Source: Terriglobia bacterium
Lineage (GTDB): Bacteria > Acidobacteriota > Terriglobia > Terriglobales > Acidobacteriaceae
DNA: 64,000 nucleotides
Assembly: GCA_020073645.1 (NCBI GenBank)
Contig: JAIQET010000020.1
Coordinates: forward strand, 457-64,456
Direction of reading: 5' to 3'
Shown here: positions 10,869 through 22,500 of the stretch, piece by piece
How positions within the stretch are numbered: the stretch's first letter is position 1
Layout of the letters: every line of letters begins with the position of its first letter
Notes under the pieces: model-generated
The model's input: the letters and a program-made list of their open reading frames with translations, nothing else
The model's database searches: none
Told to the model about the DNA's origin: nothing
Translations under genes and position numbers: made by a program

Positions 10869-11055
10869 GAGAACCATGCATTGTAGTGCAAACGTAGGTA
10901 TAGCCGCCCCTTCGACTTCGCTCAGGGCCGCCCTCGGCTGTCCGGCCGGGCGACGCTGGGGCAATCTCGAATGCTGCCCGCGCGGGCAGGTCGCCCGCGC
11001 CCACACAAAACACGGTAACCTTGAACCAGCCCGCAGCCGAAACTAAACTTAGAGA

Positions 11056-11982
11056 ATGCACGTCCACGCCAGCCACGGTGAGAGTAACGGCCCTTCTCGG
11101 GTGTTGCGTATCTCGCTGGTCGTCACCCTGGCCTACATCGTGCTATTGGTTGTCGCCGGAATCCGCGCGCACTCGCTGGCGCTGCTCTCGGAAGCCGGGC
11201 ACAATCTTTCTGACTTCTTCGCCCTGCTGCTTTCGCTGTTTGCCGTGTACCTGCAGGCGCGGCCGCCGAGTTCCACCAAGACTTACGGCTACCATCGCGC
11301 GGGAGTGCTGGCCGCGCTGGTGAACGCGCTGTCGCTGGTGGTGGTGGCGTTCCTGATCTTCTATGAGGCGTTCCGGCGGCTGCAGAACCCGGGGCACGTA
11401 CATGCCGGCGTCATGATCGGTGTGGCGGCGGCCGGCGTGGTCATGAACGGCGTTATTGCCCTTCTCCTCTACCGCTCCGGGCGTGACGTCAACATTCGCA
11501 GCGCCTTCCTGCACGAGATCGGCGACACCCTCTCCACCGCCGCCGTGATCGCGGGCGGCTGGGCCATTCTCGTCACTGGGCAGGATTGGATTGACTCCGC
11601 GCTCTCGGTGGGAATTGGCGCGCTGATTCTGTGGTCTGCGTTTGGCATTGTGCGTGAGACGCTCAACATCCTGCTGGAGGGCACGCCGCGGGGGATCAAG
11701 CTCGACCGGGTCGAGTTTGTCATGCGCTCGATCGAGGGCGTAAACGATGTCCACGACCTGCACGTGTGGAGCATCGGGTCGGAGAGCCACGCGCTGTCCG
11801 CGCATATCACCATTGCGGACATCCCACCCTCCGCCAGCGAGCGCATACTTCGGGACGTGAAGGGAAAACTCCATCAGGATTTCCGCATCGACCACACTAC
11901 GATTCAGTTCGAGCACGCGGTGTGTGAGGTGGCGCATGGATGCGTGATGCCGGTGGGCGAAGAAGAAGGGCACAGCCACTGA
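11056..11982 (+). CDS. cation diffusion facilitator (CzcD/ZitB-like) divalent metal efflux transporter
   Basis: CDF signature HSLALLSEAGHNLSD, six TM segments, a C-terminal cytoplasmic domain and a His-rich tail. Confidence 0.9.
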   Translation: MHVHASHGESNGPSRVLRISLVVTLAYIVLLVVAGIRAHSLALLSEAGHNLSDFFALLLSLFAVYLQARPPSSTKTYGYHRAGVLAALVNALSLVVVAFLIFYEAFRRLQNPGHVHAGVMIGVAAAGVVMNGVIALLLYRSGRDVNIRSAFLHEIGDTLSTAAVIAGGWAILVTGQDWIDSALSVGIGALILWSAFGIVRETLNILLEGTPRGIKLDRVEFVMRSIEGVNDVHDLHVWSIGSESHALSAHITIADIPPSASERILRDVKGKLHQDFRIDHTTIQFEHAVCEVAHGCVMPVGEEEGHSH

Positions 11983-11983
11983 A

Positions 11984-12017
11984 TTGCAGATTGTTGATTT
12001 TTGATTGTTGATTGCAA
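11984..12017. repeat. short-word (TTGATTG-type heptamer) tract between convergent genes
   Basis: TTGCAGATTGTTGATTTTTGATTGTTGATTGCAA. Same word family as the hairpins at 42266-42345 and 43078-43134. Confidence 0.7.
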
Positions 12018-12049
12018 ACCCTGAAGCACAGCACGCAAGCCTCCGCACT

Positions 12050-13747
12050 TCAGTTCCTTTGATGGTCGTAGATCTCTCGCACTCTTTCAATCCTGTCGGC
12101 ATCTTCTGCTAGCTTGTCCTGCCGTATTCGCACAATCCTCGGAAAGCGCAGCGCGTACCCGCTCTCGTGCCGGCCGGACCGCATCATGTTGTTGAACGCC
12201 ACTTCCAGCACAATCTTCGGCTCAACGATCAGGCGGAAGCCCTGGTCTTCTACCGTGTGCTCCAGGAACCACTTGCTCATTTCCGCGATCTCGGCGTCGG
12301 TCAGCCCCGAGTAGGCCTTGCCGATGTTGACCAGGCGATCGCCATCCCAGACTGCAAACGTGTAGTCGCTGAGCACCCCGATGCGCTTGCCATGTCCGTA
12401 CTCGACCGCGGTCACGACTACATCGAGCGTGGCCAGTTCACGCTTCAGTTTCAGCCAGGACTTGCCGCGCTTGCCGGGGGTGTAGGCCGACCCGGGATCT
12501 TTGATCATCAAGCCTTCATTACCGCGGGCCTGCGCGGCTTCGAAAAGTTGATCGAGCTCTTTAGGTGATGCGGCTTGGAATACCGGCGCACGGATCACCG
12601 GCGCTGGCGCAGTTTGCTCCTCGGAGTCGAATGTCAGTCGGCCTTGTGCGCCTGTAGAACGCGCTTTCACGGGCTTCCGTGGTCCCGACAGAAGCTCATT
12701 GAGAATCTTTCCCCGCTCGCGCAGCGGACGGTCAATCAGCAGGTCGCCTCCGGCGTACAGCACATCGAACACCAGGTAGGCAACTGGCACCCGCCGGATC
12801 ATCTCGTCACTGACCTTCTTCCGGCCGAGCCGCTGCTGCAGCGCGCTGAAGGGAAGCGCTCTCCCGGTTTCGCCGGCGAGGTAACTCCATGCCACAATTT
12901 CTCCGTCGAGGATGGCGTCTTGCGGCAACCCAGCCAGCGCGTCGGGCAGCTCCGGAAAGGATTTGGTGATCTCGTCGCGGGTGCGGGAAAAAATCCGCAC
13001 TTCGCCGCCAGCAATGTGAGCCTGGGCGCGGATTCCGTCGTACTTGTCCTCGACCGACGCGTTCTCGAAATAGCTGAGCGCCTCTTCGGCGGATTCGGCT
13101 GGGCTGGCCAGCATGAAGCCCAAGGGATGGAACAGCCGCATCCGGGCCTGCGCCAACTTGCCGGCGATGGCTAGCTTCAGGGTCTCGCGGAGATCGCCCA
13201 GCAGCATGTTGGCGCGTTGCACCTCGGCCAGAGTCCCGCGGTAGGCCTTGGCGATGGCCTCTTCTACCAGGTTCTCCTTCAAGCCGATCCGCAAATCTCC
13301 GGTCATGATCTTGATGATGTACTTGGCCTCGAGCGGAGTCACTTGCGAGAGCAACTCGCGGACCAGTGCGCCTTTTGCGGCGGGGCCGCGAGCAGCCGCA
13401 ATCTCGCGGAACTTACCCTGTACGTCGAGCGGGCTTGGTTGCCTTGAGATCGAGACTTGCAGAACCTCTCCCGCGACCGCTCCAAGATCACCATGCCGCC
13501 GGTAGGCAGCGCGGAGTTCCTGCTCGGTCTTTCCGGAGAGTTCAGCAACGGTGCGCCACAGCAGCGTCCCACCCACCTGCAGCGTGGTTTCCTCCCAAAC
13601 AGGGAAGGGGCGTCCAGAGAGGAACACTACCGAGGCAGCGCCATCCTCGGGCGTGCGCGACTTGAGGTAGTCGGCAACGATGGCTGTCTTTTCCAACTTC
13701 TTCGTGGTGTTTGCGATTTGCTCGCAGGCTTCAGCTAGTTTCCGCAT
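12050..13747 (-). CDS. ATP-dependent DNA ligase (Lig1/LigB type, three-domain)
   Basis: Adenylation motif I EDKYDGIRAQ. The N-terminal DNA-binding domain and C-terminal OB fold pattern are also present. Confidence 0.9.
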   Translation of the reverse strand: MRKLAEACEQIANTTKKLEKTAIVADYLKSRTPEDGAASVVFLSGRPFPVWEETTLQVGGTLLWRTVAELSGKTEQELRAAYRRHGDLGAVAGEVLQVSISRQPSPLDVQGKFREIAAARGPAAKGALVRELLSQVTPLEAKYIIKIMTGDLRIGLKENLVEEAIAKAYRGTLAEVQRANMLLGDLRETLKLAIAGKLAQARMRLFHPLGFMLASPAESAEEALSYFENASVEDKYDGIRAQAHIAGGEVRIFSRTRDEITKSFPELPDALAGLPQDAILDGEIVAWSYLAGETGRALPFSALQQRLGRKKVSDEMIRRVPVAYLVFDVLYAGGDLLIDRPLRERGKILNELLSGPRKPVKARSTGAQGRLTFDSEEQTAPAPVIRAPVFQAASPKELDQLFEAAQARGNEGLMIKDPGSAYTPGKRGKSWLKLKRELATLDVVVTAVEYGHGKRIGVLSDYTFAVWDGDRLVNIGKAYSGLTDAEIAEMSKWFLEHTVEDQGFRLIVEPKIVLEVAFNNMMRSGRHESGYALRFPRIVRIRQDKLAEDADRIERVREIYDHQRN

Positions 13748-13948
13748 GGATCATCAGCTGTGTGCCAGCCTCGGAAGATTGCCGAGCTGTGCCCGGCCGA
13801 ACAGCCGAGGCGGCTGTCCCTACGTGTTCAGTCCCTAACTTGCCAAGATAGACACACTTACATCCCCCTCCTGCCATCCTAAATGAACCCCGACCTGTGA
13901 TAACCTTACATGTTGGTACCCTGGTCCCGGAAAGATCATCCAATCAAC

Positions 13949-14935
13949 ATGCGGCTTTTGCGAACATGGTGGCGTTTCCTCGCGGCGGTGCAGCTCTTGC
14001 CTGCATTGGAGAGCGGCGAGGAGACCTTGGTTGGCGGACAAGCGGTGCTGGAGGGCGTCATGATGCGCTCGCCGCACGCCTGGGCGATCGCCTGCCGCAA
14101 GCCGTCCGGAGAGTTGTCCACGTATAGCGAACCGCTGGAGCGGCCCTCCGACAAGCACAAATGGATGGCTTGGCCGGTGGTGCGAGGCGTCATCACCCTG
14201 GGGCACGCCATGGGGCTGGGTTTCAAGGCCCTGCGCTTTTCGGCGAATGTGGCGCTGGATGAGGTTCCGGCCGATGAAAAAGGCAAGAAGCTGGAAGTCA
14301 GTGGCTGGGTGGCCGCGGTGAACGTCATCTTTTCAGTCGGCTTCTTCATTTTTATGTACAAGTATCTTCCGCTGGTGGCGGCGACCGAGTTGAAACGGGT
14401 GAACCCGCTATTTGGCGAGCAGATCATCTTCAACCTGGTGGACGGCTTGATCCGCATTGCCCTATTCCTGCTGTTTATCTGGGGAGTGTCGCTGTGGCGT
14501 GACATTCACCGCGTGTACGAGTATCACGGGGCCGAGCACAAGACGGTATACGCTTTCGAGAACGGCGACGCGCTCGAGACCCGCGCGGTGCAGAAATACT
14601 CGACCTTCCATCCCCGCTGCGGCACCAGTTTCCTGATGACGGTGATGATCATCTCGATTTTGGTGTACATGCTGATCCCGGTAACCACGTTCTGGGCGCG
14701 GTTTGCAATTCGCATTGCGCTGCTGCCGGTGATTGCCGGAGTGTCGTACGAGATCATTCGCTTCGCAGCCAAGCACCGCGGATCGCTGTTCGCCCTGATG
14801 ACCGCTCCCGGACTGTGGCTGCAGCGCATTACCACCCAGCCTCCCTCGGACGACCAGGCGGAGTGCGCCATCGTGGCGCTGGGCCAGGCCATGGCGCTGG
14901 AGAAGCAGCGCGGCGGCGAGTTGGTGATTGCGTAG
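13949..14935 (+). CDS. DUF1385-family membrane protein (commonly encoded upstream of prfA/prmC)
   Basis: The hallmark VGGQAVLEGVMMRSP lies near the N-terminus, with HGAEHK and a TM-rich centre. The start is uncertain (13910 or 13949). Confidence 0.8.
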   Translation: MRLLRTWWRFLAAVQLLPALESGEETLVGGQAVLEGVMMRSPHAWAIACRKPSGELSTYSEPLERPSDKHKWMAWPVVRGVITLGHAMGLGFKALRFSANVALDEVPADEKGKKLEVSGWVAAVNVIFSVGFFIFMYKYLPLVAATELKRVNPLFGEQIIFNLVDGLIRIALFLLFIWGVSLWRDIHRVYEYHGAEHKTVYAFENGDALETRAVQKYSTFHPRCGTSFLMTVMIISILVYMLIPVTTFWARFAIRIALLPVIAGVSYEIIRFAAKHRGSLFALMTAPGLWLQRITTQPPSDDQAECAIVALGQAMALEKQRGGELVIA

Positions 14936-14938
14936 AAC

Positions 14939-14973
14939 CCGTCGTTGGTCGTTTGTCGTTGGTCGTTGGCCAA
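14939..14973. repeat. left arm of a 35-nt inverted repeat built from tandem heptamers (GTCGTTG x4)
   Basis: CCGTCGTTGGTCGTTTGTCGTTGGTCGTTGGCCAA matches the reverse complement of 15456-15490 at 34/35 positions. The single difference would be a G-U pair in RNA. Confidence 0.9.
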
Positions 14974-15047
14974 CGCTCCTAGCCTGGGTCATCCATCACA
15001 TACAGGTTGGCTAGTGAGACACTAAAAGTCGTGGTAGAGGTGTTCAC

Positions 15048-15401
15048 ATGCCATCATCGTTTAGGGATTTGCGGGTTTGGCAGGAAGCCATGAAACTGGC
15101 ATCAGAAATCTATCGGGCGACGGCGGGCTTTCCTAGGCACGAAGTGTACGGTTTGAGTCAACAGATGCGGCGCGCAGCGGTTTCGGTTCCCAGCAACATA
15201 GCCGAGGGGAAGGGTCATCGCTCTAATCGCGAATTCACAAACTTTTTGCTTCATGCCAGAGGCTCGCTGCTTGAACTCCAGACTCAGATGCTCATCGCAG
15301 AGGATTTAGAATACCTCTCGGAAGATCGGATGCAGAAACTAAGCGACCAAGCCGACCGCATCGGCCGCGGCCTGAACGGCCCTTATCAACTCTATTTGTG
15401 A
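15048..15401 (+). CDS. four-helix-bundle protein (23S rRNA intervening-sequence protein family)
   Basis: Family pattern FRDLRVWQEAMKLA...IYRATAGFPRHEVYGLSQQMRRAAVSVPSNIAEG..R.S.REF..FL..ARGSLLEL.TQ. GAGGTG lies 7 nt upstream of the ATG. Confidence 0.85.
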   Translation: MPSSFRDLRVWQEAMKLASEIYRATAGFPRHEVYGLSQQMRRAAVSVPSNIAEGKGHRSNREFTNFLLHARGSLLELQTQMLIAEDLEYLSEDRMQKLSDQADRIGRGLNGPYQLYL

Positions 15402-15455
15402 GAAAGCCGCTTGATCGCAGTGACCAAGGATACAGGGCGAACGGCCGGTTTAGCT

Positions 15456-15490
15456 TTGGCCAACGACCGACGACAAACGACCAACGACGG
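15456..15490. repeat. right arm of the 35-nt heptamer inverted repeat
   Basis: TTGGCCAACGACCGACGACAAACGACCAACGACGG. It ends 5 nt before the prfA ATG. Confidence 0.9.
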
Positions 15491-15495
15491 ATCTT

Positions 15496-16575
<1,080 letters not shown>

Positions 16576-16671
16576 AAAAACCAGTCAGACACATAGAAGC
16601 AAACCAGCTTGCTGGTCGGTTGTGTGAGTTTACTTCTCTGTGTCTCCCTGGCCCTGTGGTGAAATAGTCCA

Positions 16672-17511
16672 GTGCTCCTCCGCGACGCTCTCACTTCGGC
16701 GATCAACCGCCTCGCCACTGCTCACGTAGGCTCACCGCGGATGAATGCGGAAGTCCTCCTCATGTTCGTGCTCGGCGCCGATCGCGCCTATCTCTATGCT
16801 CATCCCGAACGCGAGTTCACACCCGAAGAAAATGCCCGGTATGACGAGGCACTGACGCAGCGCGCCCGGGGCGTGCCGTCGCAGTACATCGTGGGACACC
16901 AGGAGTTCTGGGGAATGGACTTCATTGTGACACCCGCCGTTCTCATCCCGCGCCCCGAAACCGAGCATGTAATCGAAACGGTGTTGCCGCTGGCGCGGAG
17001 CCTGGACAAGCCGAAAGTCGTTGACGTCGGTACTGGATCAGGCTGTATCGCCATTGTCCTCGCCAACGAACTGCCCCAGGCCGAGATTTGCGCCACCGAG
17101 ATTTCTTCCGAGGCGCTCGAGATCGCCCGCGCCAATGCCGCGCGTCTCCAGTTCGAACACCGGATTCGGTTTCACCACACCGACTTGTTACAAGGATTCG
17201 ATGCCAACGCTTTCGATTTCGTCGTATCCAACCCTCCCTACGTGGGCGAATCCGAAGAAGACCAGGTGCAGCTCGAAGTACGCAAGTTTGAGCCGCGCCA
17301 TGCGGTGTTCGCGGGGCCCAGCGGCCTGGAGGTGATTGAGCGCCTGATTCCACAAGCACAGAACACGCTGAAGTCTGGCGGATGGCTGGTCGTGGAAATC
17401 AGCGGCACGATTGCAGCGGGAGTGCGACGGTTGCTCGGCGGCTGGGAGGATGTTCGCATCGCCGACGATTTACAGGGGATCCCACGCGTAGCTTCGGCAC
17501 GCAAACCTTGA
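16672..17511 (+). CDS. prmC: release-factor glutamine N5-methyltransferase PrmC/HemK
   Basis: SAM motif VVDVGTGSGCIA and catalytic NPPY (VVSNPPYV). Lies downstream of prfA. GTG start. Confidence 0.93.
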   Translation: MLLRDALTSAINRLATAHVGSPRMNAEVLLMFVLGADRAYLYAHPEREFTPEENARYDEALTQRARGVPSQYIVGHQEFWGMDFIVTPAVLIPRPETEHVIETVLPLARSLDKPKVVDVGTGSGCIAIVLANELPQAEICATEISSEALEIARANAARLQFEHRIRFHHTDLLQGFDANAFDFVVSNPPYVGESEEDQVQLEVRKFEPRHAVFAGPSGLEVIERLIPQAQNTLKSGGWLVVEISGTIAAGVRRLLGGWEDVRIADDLQGIPRVASARKP

Positions 17512-17871
17512 CGAGTGTCTTGGCCGCGGAACATCGCACACGTGCCACTCGGTCTTGCGTCAGCGGATGAAAAACTTTGCACAACTAGCGCTGGCCGTAG
17601 TGCGCCCGCAAAACTTTCGTCCACTCTAGAAATTGCCGCTCGCCTGCACTACAATCCTCCGCAATTTGTGAACGAACTTAGGGCTGGTCCATGGCGACAT
17701 AGCAGTTACGACCTCCCGGTTCAGTTTGTGATTGAAAGCCGCTGCCCGCTTGTTAGGAAAGTGCTCTGCCCAGTCGTCATGCACTAGGCGAGCTGCAGTC
17801 TGCAGCGGCCAGGTCCCAAGGGCCCTTATCCGAACCCGCCTTTCCAAGAATCAACTATGCGAGGAGAAAAC

Positions 17872-19320
17872 ATGAAGGTGTTGCGAACGCTCGGAGTGGC
17901 AGTGGTGGTCTTGCTGACTTTGGCTGGCGTTGCCGGAGCACAGTCGTGGCAACCGCTAGCGCATAAGCCTACGTTTAGCGCCAGTACAGCGCTGCTGCTG
18001 ACCGATGGCACGGTCATGGTCCACCAGTACAGCGGCTTGCAATGGTGGCGCCTGACCCCGGATAACACCGGCAGCTACGTCAACGGGACCTGGAGCCAAC
18101 AGGCGTCGTTGCCGTCGGATTACAGTCCGTTGTACTACGCTTCTGCGGTCCTGCCCGACGGCCGCCTCCTCGTGGAGGGCGGAGAATACAATTTCGGCCA
18201 GTTCGCCTGGACTAACCTGGGGGCGATTTACGATCCGTTAGCCAACACCTGGACCCATGTTTCGCCTCCCACCGGGTGGGCCAACATTGGCGACGCGCAG
18301 AGCGTGATTCTGTCCAGTGGCACGTTGATGCTGGCGAATGCCCTCACCAGCCAGCAGGCGCTGTTGAATGCTACGAACCTGACCTGGACCAGCACCGGCA
18401 GCGGCAAAGCGGACGGCAATGACGAGGAAGGGTGGGAGTTGTTGCCGAACGGGTTGGTGCTGACCGTCGATGCCAACAACACCAGCGACCTTATGCACTC
18501 CGAGAAGTACAGCTTTCGCGCGGGCAAGTGGATCAGCGCGGGCAGCACGATTGTCAAACTGCCGGATACGAATTCCGACGGCAGCGGATCGCACGAGATT
18601 GGACCGGCGATACTGCGGCCCGACGGCACGGTGTTTGCCATGGGAGGCACGGCGCACACCGCCATCTATAACACCACAACCGGCATTTGGACGACAGGTC
18701 CGGACTTCCCGAATGTTGGGGGGCAACTGGATATGGCCGATGCTCCCGCGTCCCTGCTGCCCAGCGGCAACGTGCTCTGCGACACCAGCCCGGGCGTCTT
18801 CCTGAAACCGACCCACTTTTTCGAGTTCGATGGGACCAGTTTCATCCAGGTTCCGGATCCACCCGACGCGACGAAAAAAACGTCGTTCGAAGGACGCATG
18901 CTGCTGCTTCCCACCGGCCAGGTCTTCTTCACCGATGGCACCACGGATGTGGAAGTCTACACGGCCAGCGGAAGCCCCGATCCGTCGTGGGCGCCAACCA
19001 TCCACTCCGTCCCCACCTCGATCACTCGCGGCGGTTCGTTCACGCTCTCGGGGACGCAGCTCCATGGCCTTTCGGCCGGTGCAGCCTACGGAGATGATGC
19101 GCAAATGGCTACCAATTACCCGCTGGTGCGCATCACCAACCACGCGACCGGGCATGTCTTCTATGCCCGCACGCACGATCACAGCAACATGTCAATTGCT
19201 CCGGGAGCCCGCTCGTCCACGCATTTCGATGTCTCGTCGACCGTGGAGACGGGCGCCAGCGACCTGGTGGTGGTGGCCAATGGGATCGCTTCCAAAGCGG
19301 TCACAGTTACTGTGCAGTAA
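17872..19320 (+). CDS. secreted Kelch/galactose-oxidase-like beta-propeller protein with C-terminal Ig-like domain
   Basis: Signal peptide MKVLRTLGVAVVVLLTLAGVAGAQ and repeated blade-like units (LPDGRLLVEGG, LRPDGTVFAMGG, LLPTGQVFFTDG). The function is not determined. Confidence 0.7.
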   Translation: MKVLRTLGVAVVVLLTLAGVAGAQSWQPLAHKPTFSASTALLLTDGTVMVHQYSGLQWWRLTPDNTGSYVNGTWSQQASLPSDYSPLYYASAVLPDGRLLVEGGEYNFGQFAWTNLGAIYDPLANTWTHVSPPTGWANIGDAQSVILSSGTLMLANALTSQQALLNATNLTWTSTGSGKADGNDEEGWELLPNGLVLTVDANNTSDLMHSEKYSFRAGKWISAGSTIVKLPDTNSDGSGSHEIGPAILRPDGTVFAMGGTAHTAIYNTTTGIWTTGPDFPNVGGQLDMADAPASLLPSGNVLCDTSPGVFLKPTHFFEFDGTSFIQVPDPPDATKKTSFEGRMLLLPTGQVFFTDGTTDVEVYTASGSPDPSWAPTIHSVPTSITRGGSFTLSGTQLHGLSAGAAYGDDAQMATNYPLVRITNHATGHVFYARTHDHSNMSIAPGARSSTHFDVSSTVETGASDLVVVANGIASKAVTVTVQ

Positions 19321-19342
19321 GGGGCGGTTTACGTTGGTTCTG

Positions 19343-19368
19343 AGGACGGGCGAAAGCCCGTCCTTTTG
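19343..19368 (+). terminator. Rho-independent terminator
   Basis: AGGACGGGC-GAAA-GCCCGTCCT followed by TTTTG, 23 nt after the stop codon. Confidence 0.75.
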
Positions 19369-19505
19369 CTTGGCTAGAAGTGGAATTTCAGGCTGCCGCC
19401 AACGGTGCGCGACGGCGCGTACTGGGTGGGAATCTCCTCACGCGTTAATGTTGAAGGACAGGCCGCCCTGCCCTCGGCCGTCCAAACCGGGCGCAGTCCG
19501 GCGCT

Positions 19506-22500
19506 TCAGAACGTTACCCGCACGCCCAATTGTGCCGCAAACGGAATCCCCACCGTCGTTCCGGGTCCGAAGAAATCGCCCAATGCGCCCGCGGGTTTGC
19601 GCAGCTGATTCAGGCTGGTGATTGGAATCAGCGTGGTGCAGTCCGCATTTCCGCAGAGGTCCGTGATGTTGCCGCCGATCTGATCTGCAGGCACACCGAG
19701 CGCGGCAACATCGGCCACGTAGTTGTTCGAGGGATTGTTCCGGTTGAAGAGATTGAGGAACTCGACAAAGGGCACGACCGACCAGCGGTCGCCCACCTTG
19801 ATCGGGCGGGCCACCCGCAGATCCACTTGCGCAAACGGGGTCCCACGGAATTGATCGAGGGTAGTCTTGACTCCGTTGATTACGGCGCGATTATCGCCGT
19901 CGCCCAGGGTGAAGGGCCGCGCGCTTTCAATTTGAGTCAAGGTGGAGAGCTCAAACCCGAGCGGCGCATGCACGATTCCTGCCAGCACAAAGCGGTGTCG
20001 GACGTCTTCTCCCGAGGGACCATAATCGCCCGGGGCAAACGCATTCAGCGGGTCGCACACGCCATTGACGTAGTCGAACAACTCACCTACATTGCAGCCC
20101 CAGGTCTTTGCAGTGGCCAAGGTGTAATGCGCAGTGAGGTTGAGCCGGCTCATGTTCCCCTGCAGCCGGATCGTCATCGCATCATAGCGGGAGCGGTTGT
20201 CGGTCTTGTAGACGTCGACGTTGGGGACGAAGTCCGCCTGTTCCGTGCCGTCTGGGAGGGGCAGCGGGGTAAACAGGCTGGCGCCACCGGCGAAGGGATA
20301 GGCGCGGTAAGCGTGCACGCCGTTCTCGTGGGTCCAGTCCGCACTCAGCGTCCAGTGCTCGTTCAGCGCATGCTGGATGCCGGCGCTGGCATGCAGGGCG
20401 TACGGCGTCTTGTAGTGCGGATCGATGATGGCGCCTTGCCCGCCAAAATTTGCGCCCGGAATGCACCCGGAGTTATCCACGCCCGGATTGGTCGGATCGG
20501 TGCAGGGACCAGGTGCTGCATTGACCGCCTGGAACGCTCCGACCCATCCGTTCTGCGCCAGGTCGTTGTAGTAGATGCCAATGCCAGCACGGATCACCGT
20601 GTTCTCGCTCCGTCCCGGTGAGTACACGATTCCCAACCGCGGCCCGAACTGGCTTCGATAGTCGTGCGGGGCGCTGTTGATCAGCGGAATCTGCAGCGCC
20701 TTCAACGTCAAGTAAGCCGGGTTTTGCAGTTGATTGCGGCCAGAGCCGGTGAACAGGCCGAAGGTCGTGTCGTAGCGCAATCCGTAATTCACCGTGAGGT
20801 GCGACGTCACGCGCCATGAATCCTGCGCGTACAGGCCCAGTCTTTGCAAGTTTTGTGAGAAGGTACCGTCCCCGGCCGGGGTGGCGGTGCAGGCGATGTT
20901 CGGATCCGGCACCGGGCTCAGGCAGGTGGGGTCAAAGTAGAACTGCGACGGATTGGTGGCATAGAAGCTGGGATTGTTCGGATACTGGATCAGCGCCTCC
21001 TCGGTGCCGGAAAGCGCTCCGCTCAGCACGGGTTCGTGAATAAAGTTGATGCCGAATTTCGGCGCATGGCGCCCCGAAGCGTGGCTTACGTCATAGCGAA
21101 ACTGGTACTTCTCCTGGTTGCGCAACACCGGAAACGCGGTGATCGGTGTGGCGAACTGGTTGTCGCCGAAGGTCTCGAAGCCGGAAATCGTTTGAAAGGT
21201 AGAGCTGAACGGGAAGGCGAGCGCAAAGCCGAGGTTCGAATTCCGCGACTCGGTGTGGTGCAGATAGCTGGCGCCGAAGGTGAACGACCCCAGCCACGTC
21301 GGGCTGAACGCGTAGGTGTTGCTGACGACCAGGTTCAGATAGTTGGATCCGGAAGTGGCGCCGGTGGAGGGCAGGGTCGCCTGCTGCACCAGGTCGTTGT
21401 TGGTGGTGTAGTTGTCGATTGCCGCACGCGCGAACCATTGCGACTTGAGTGATTGCGACCAGTCAAAGCGCAGCATCCCCAGCGCATCGCGGAACGGTAC
21501 CCTCACGTTGTTAGGCGCCGCGATCGAACTTACTCCCCTCGGCTGGCCCTCCAGGTTGAAGCCCATGATCAGCCCCTGCGACGCCAGCGAGGCCAGGGCG
21601 TTGAACTCCGAGAGACTGTCCGGGCTGTAGGCGACGCTGGCGTTCTCGTGGACGTACTCCAGCGACGAGAAAAACCACAGCTTGTCCTGCTTGATCGGTC
21701 CGCCCAGCGTGCCTATGTAGTTCTGTCGCGAGAATGGCTGTTTCGGCGCGGGCGGCGGGTTGTCAATCGGATAGCGTGCGTTCAGCGAAGCCGCGCGCCC
21801 GTAAAACGCCCCGCTTCCGTGCCAGGTGTTCGTCCCGTGCTTGGTGGTGATCACCACTGATCCGCCTACGGTCCGGCCGGTATCGGCGTCCTCCTGCGAC
21901 GTACGCACCGCGAATTCCTGGATCGCGTCCGGCGAGAAGTTCTGCAGGAATCCACCGATGTAGTCGTCCGAGTTGTCGGCGCCGTCCACCGACAAATCAA
22001 CGTTCAGCCCTGAACTCCCGCCGAACGAAACCGCCGTAATACGAGCCTTGGTGGGATCGGAGGGCTCGACCGGTTCGGTGCCCGGCACCAGATATGCGAT
22101 GTTGGCGAAGCTGCGGTGAGCCAATGGGATCGTGTCCAGATCATTCGCGGTGACCGCTCCCTGATGCACGGCGCTGGCTGTGTCGATTGGTTCGGCCGTA
22201 ATGGAAGAAGCCACGCCCTGAACGCTTATCGTCTGCGTCACTGCCTGTGGTTTCAGTGTGACCGAGAGGTCCCGCACGGTGCTGACCACGACGTCCACGT
22301 CAGCATCGGCATCCGCAAAGCCTTTGGCGTTGACCGCCACATGGTAGGCGCCCGGCAGCAGACCTTCGATGCGGAACTCTCCCCGGGCGTTGGTGAGCGC
22401 ATCCCTCATCAGATCCGAGCCCTTGGCCCGCACCACAATCTTGGCTGACGAGACCCGCCCGCCGCTGCCATCCTGTACCTCGCCACGCAGCGCACCCCGC

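Noticed and set aside
10895-10945. Sequence CCCCTTCGACTTCGCTCAGGGCCGCCCTCGG (translated ...ALSEVEG...), which resembles repeats seen in other soil bacteria
   Set aside because: There is only one copy in this window, so repeat status cannot be supported from the sequence given.
17512-17871. 360-nt spacer upstream of the Kelch-like gene as a possible ncRNA or riboswitch (also the 380-nt spacer at 27084-27463)
   Set aside because: I recognise no SRP, 6S, tmRNA, RNase P or known riboswitch core. Only short generic hairpins and a doubtful promoter (TACAAT) are present, which is not enough to call a feature.
19530-20621. 363-aa ORF and several other long ORFs antisense or out of frame within the TonB-dependent receptor gene (similar cases at 11143-12102, 15292-16083, 18238-19182, 32857-33657, 35833-36801, 51165-52583, 53209-54159)
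   Set aside because: All lie entirely inside well-supported genes on the other strand or frame and show GC-driven Arg/Gly/His-rich composition. They are typical open antisense frames of high-GC genomes.
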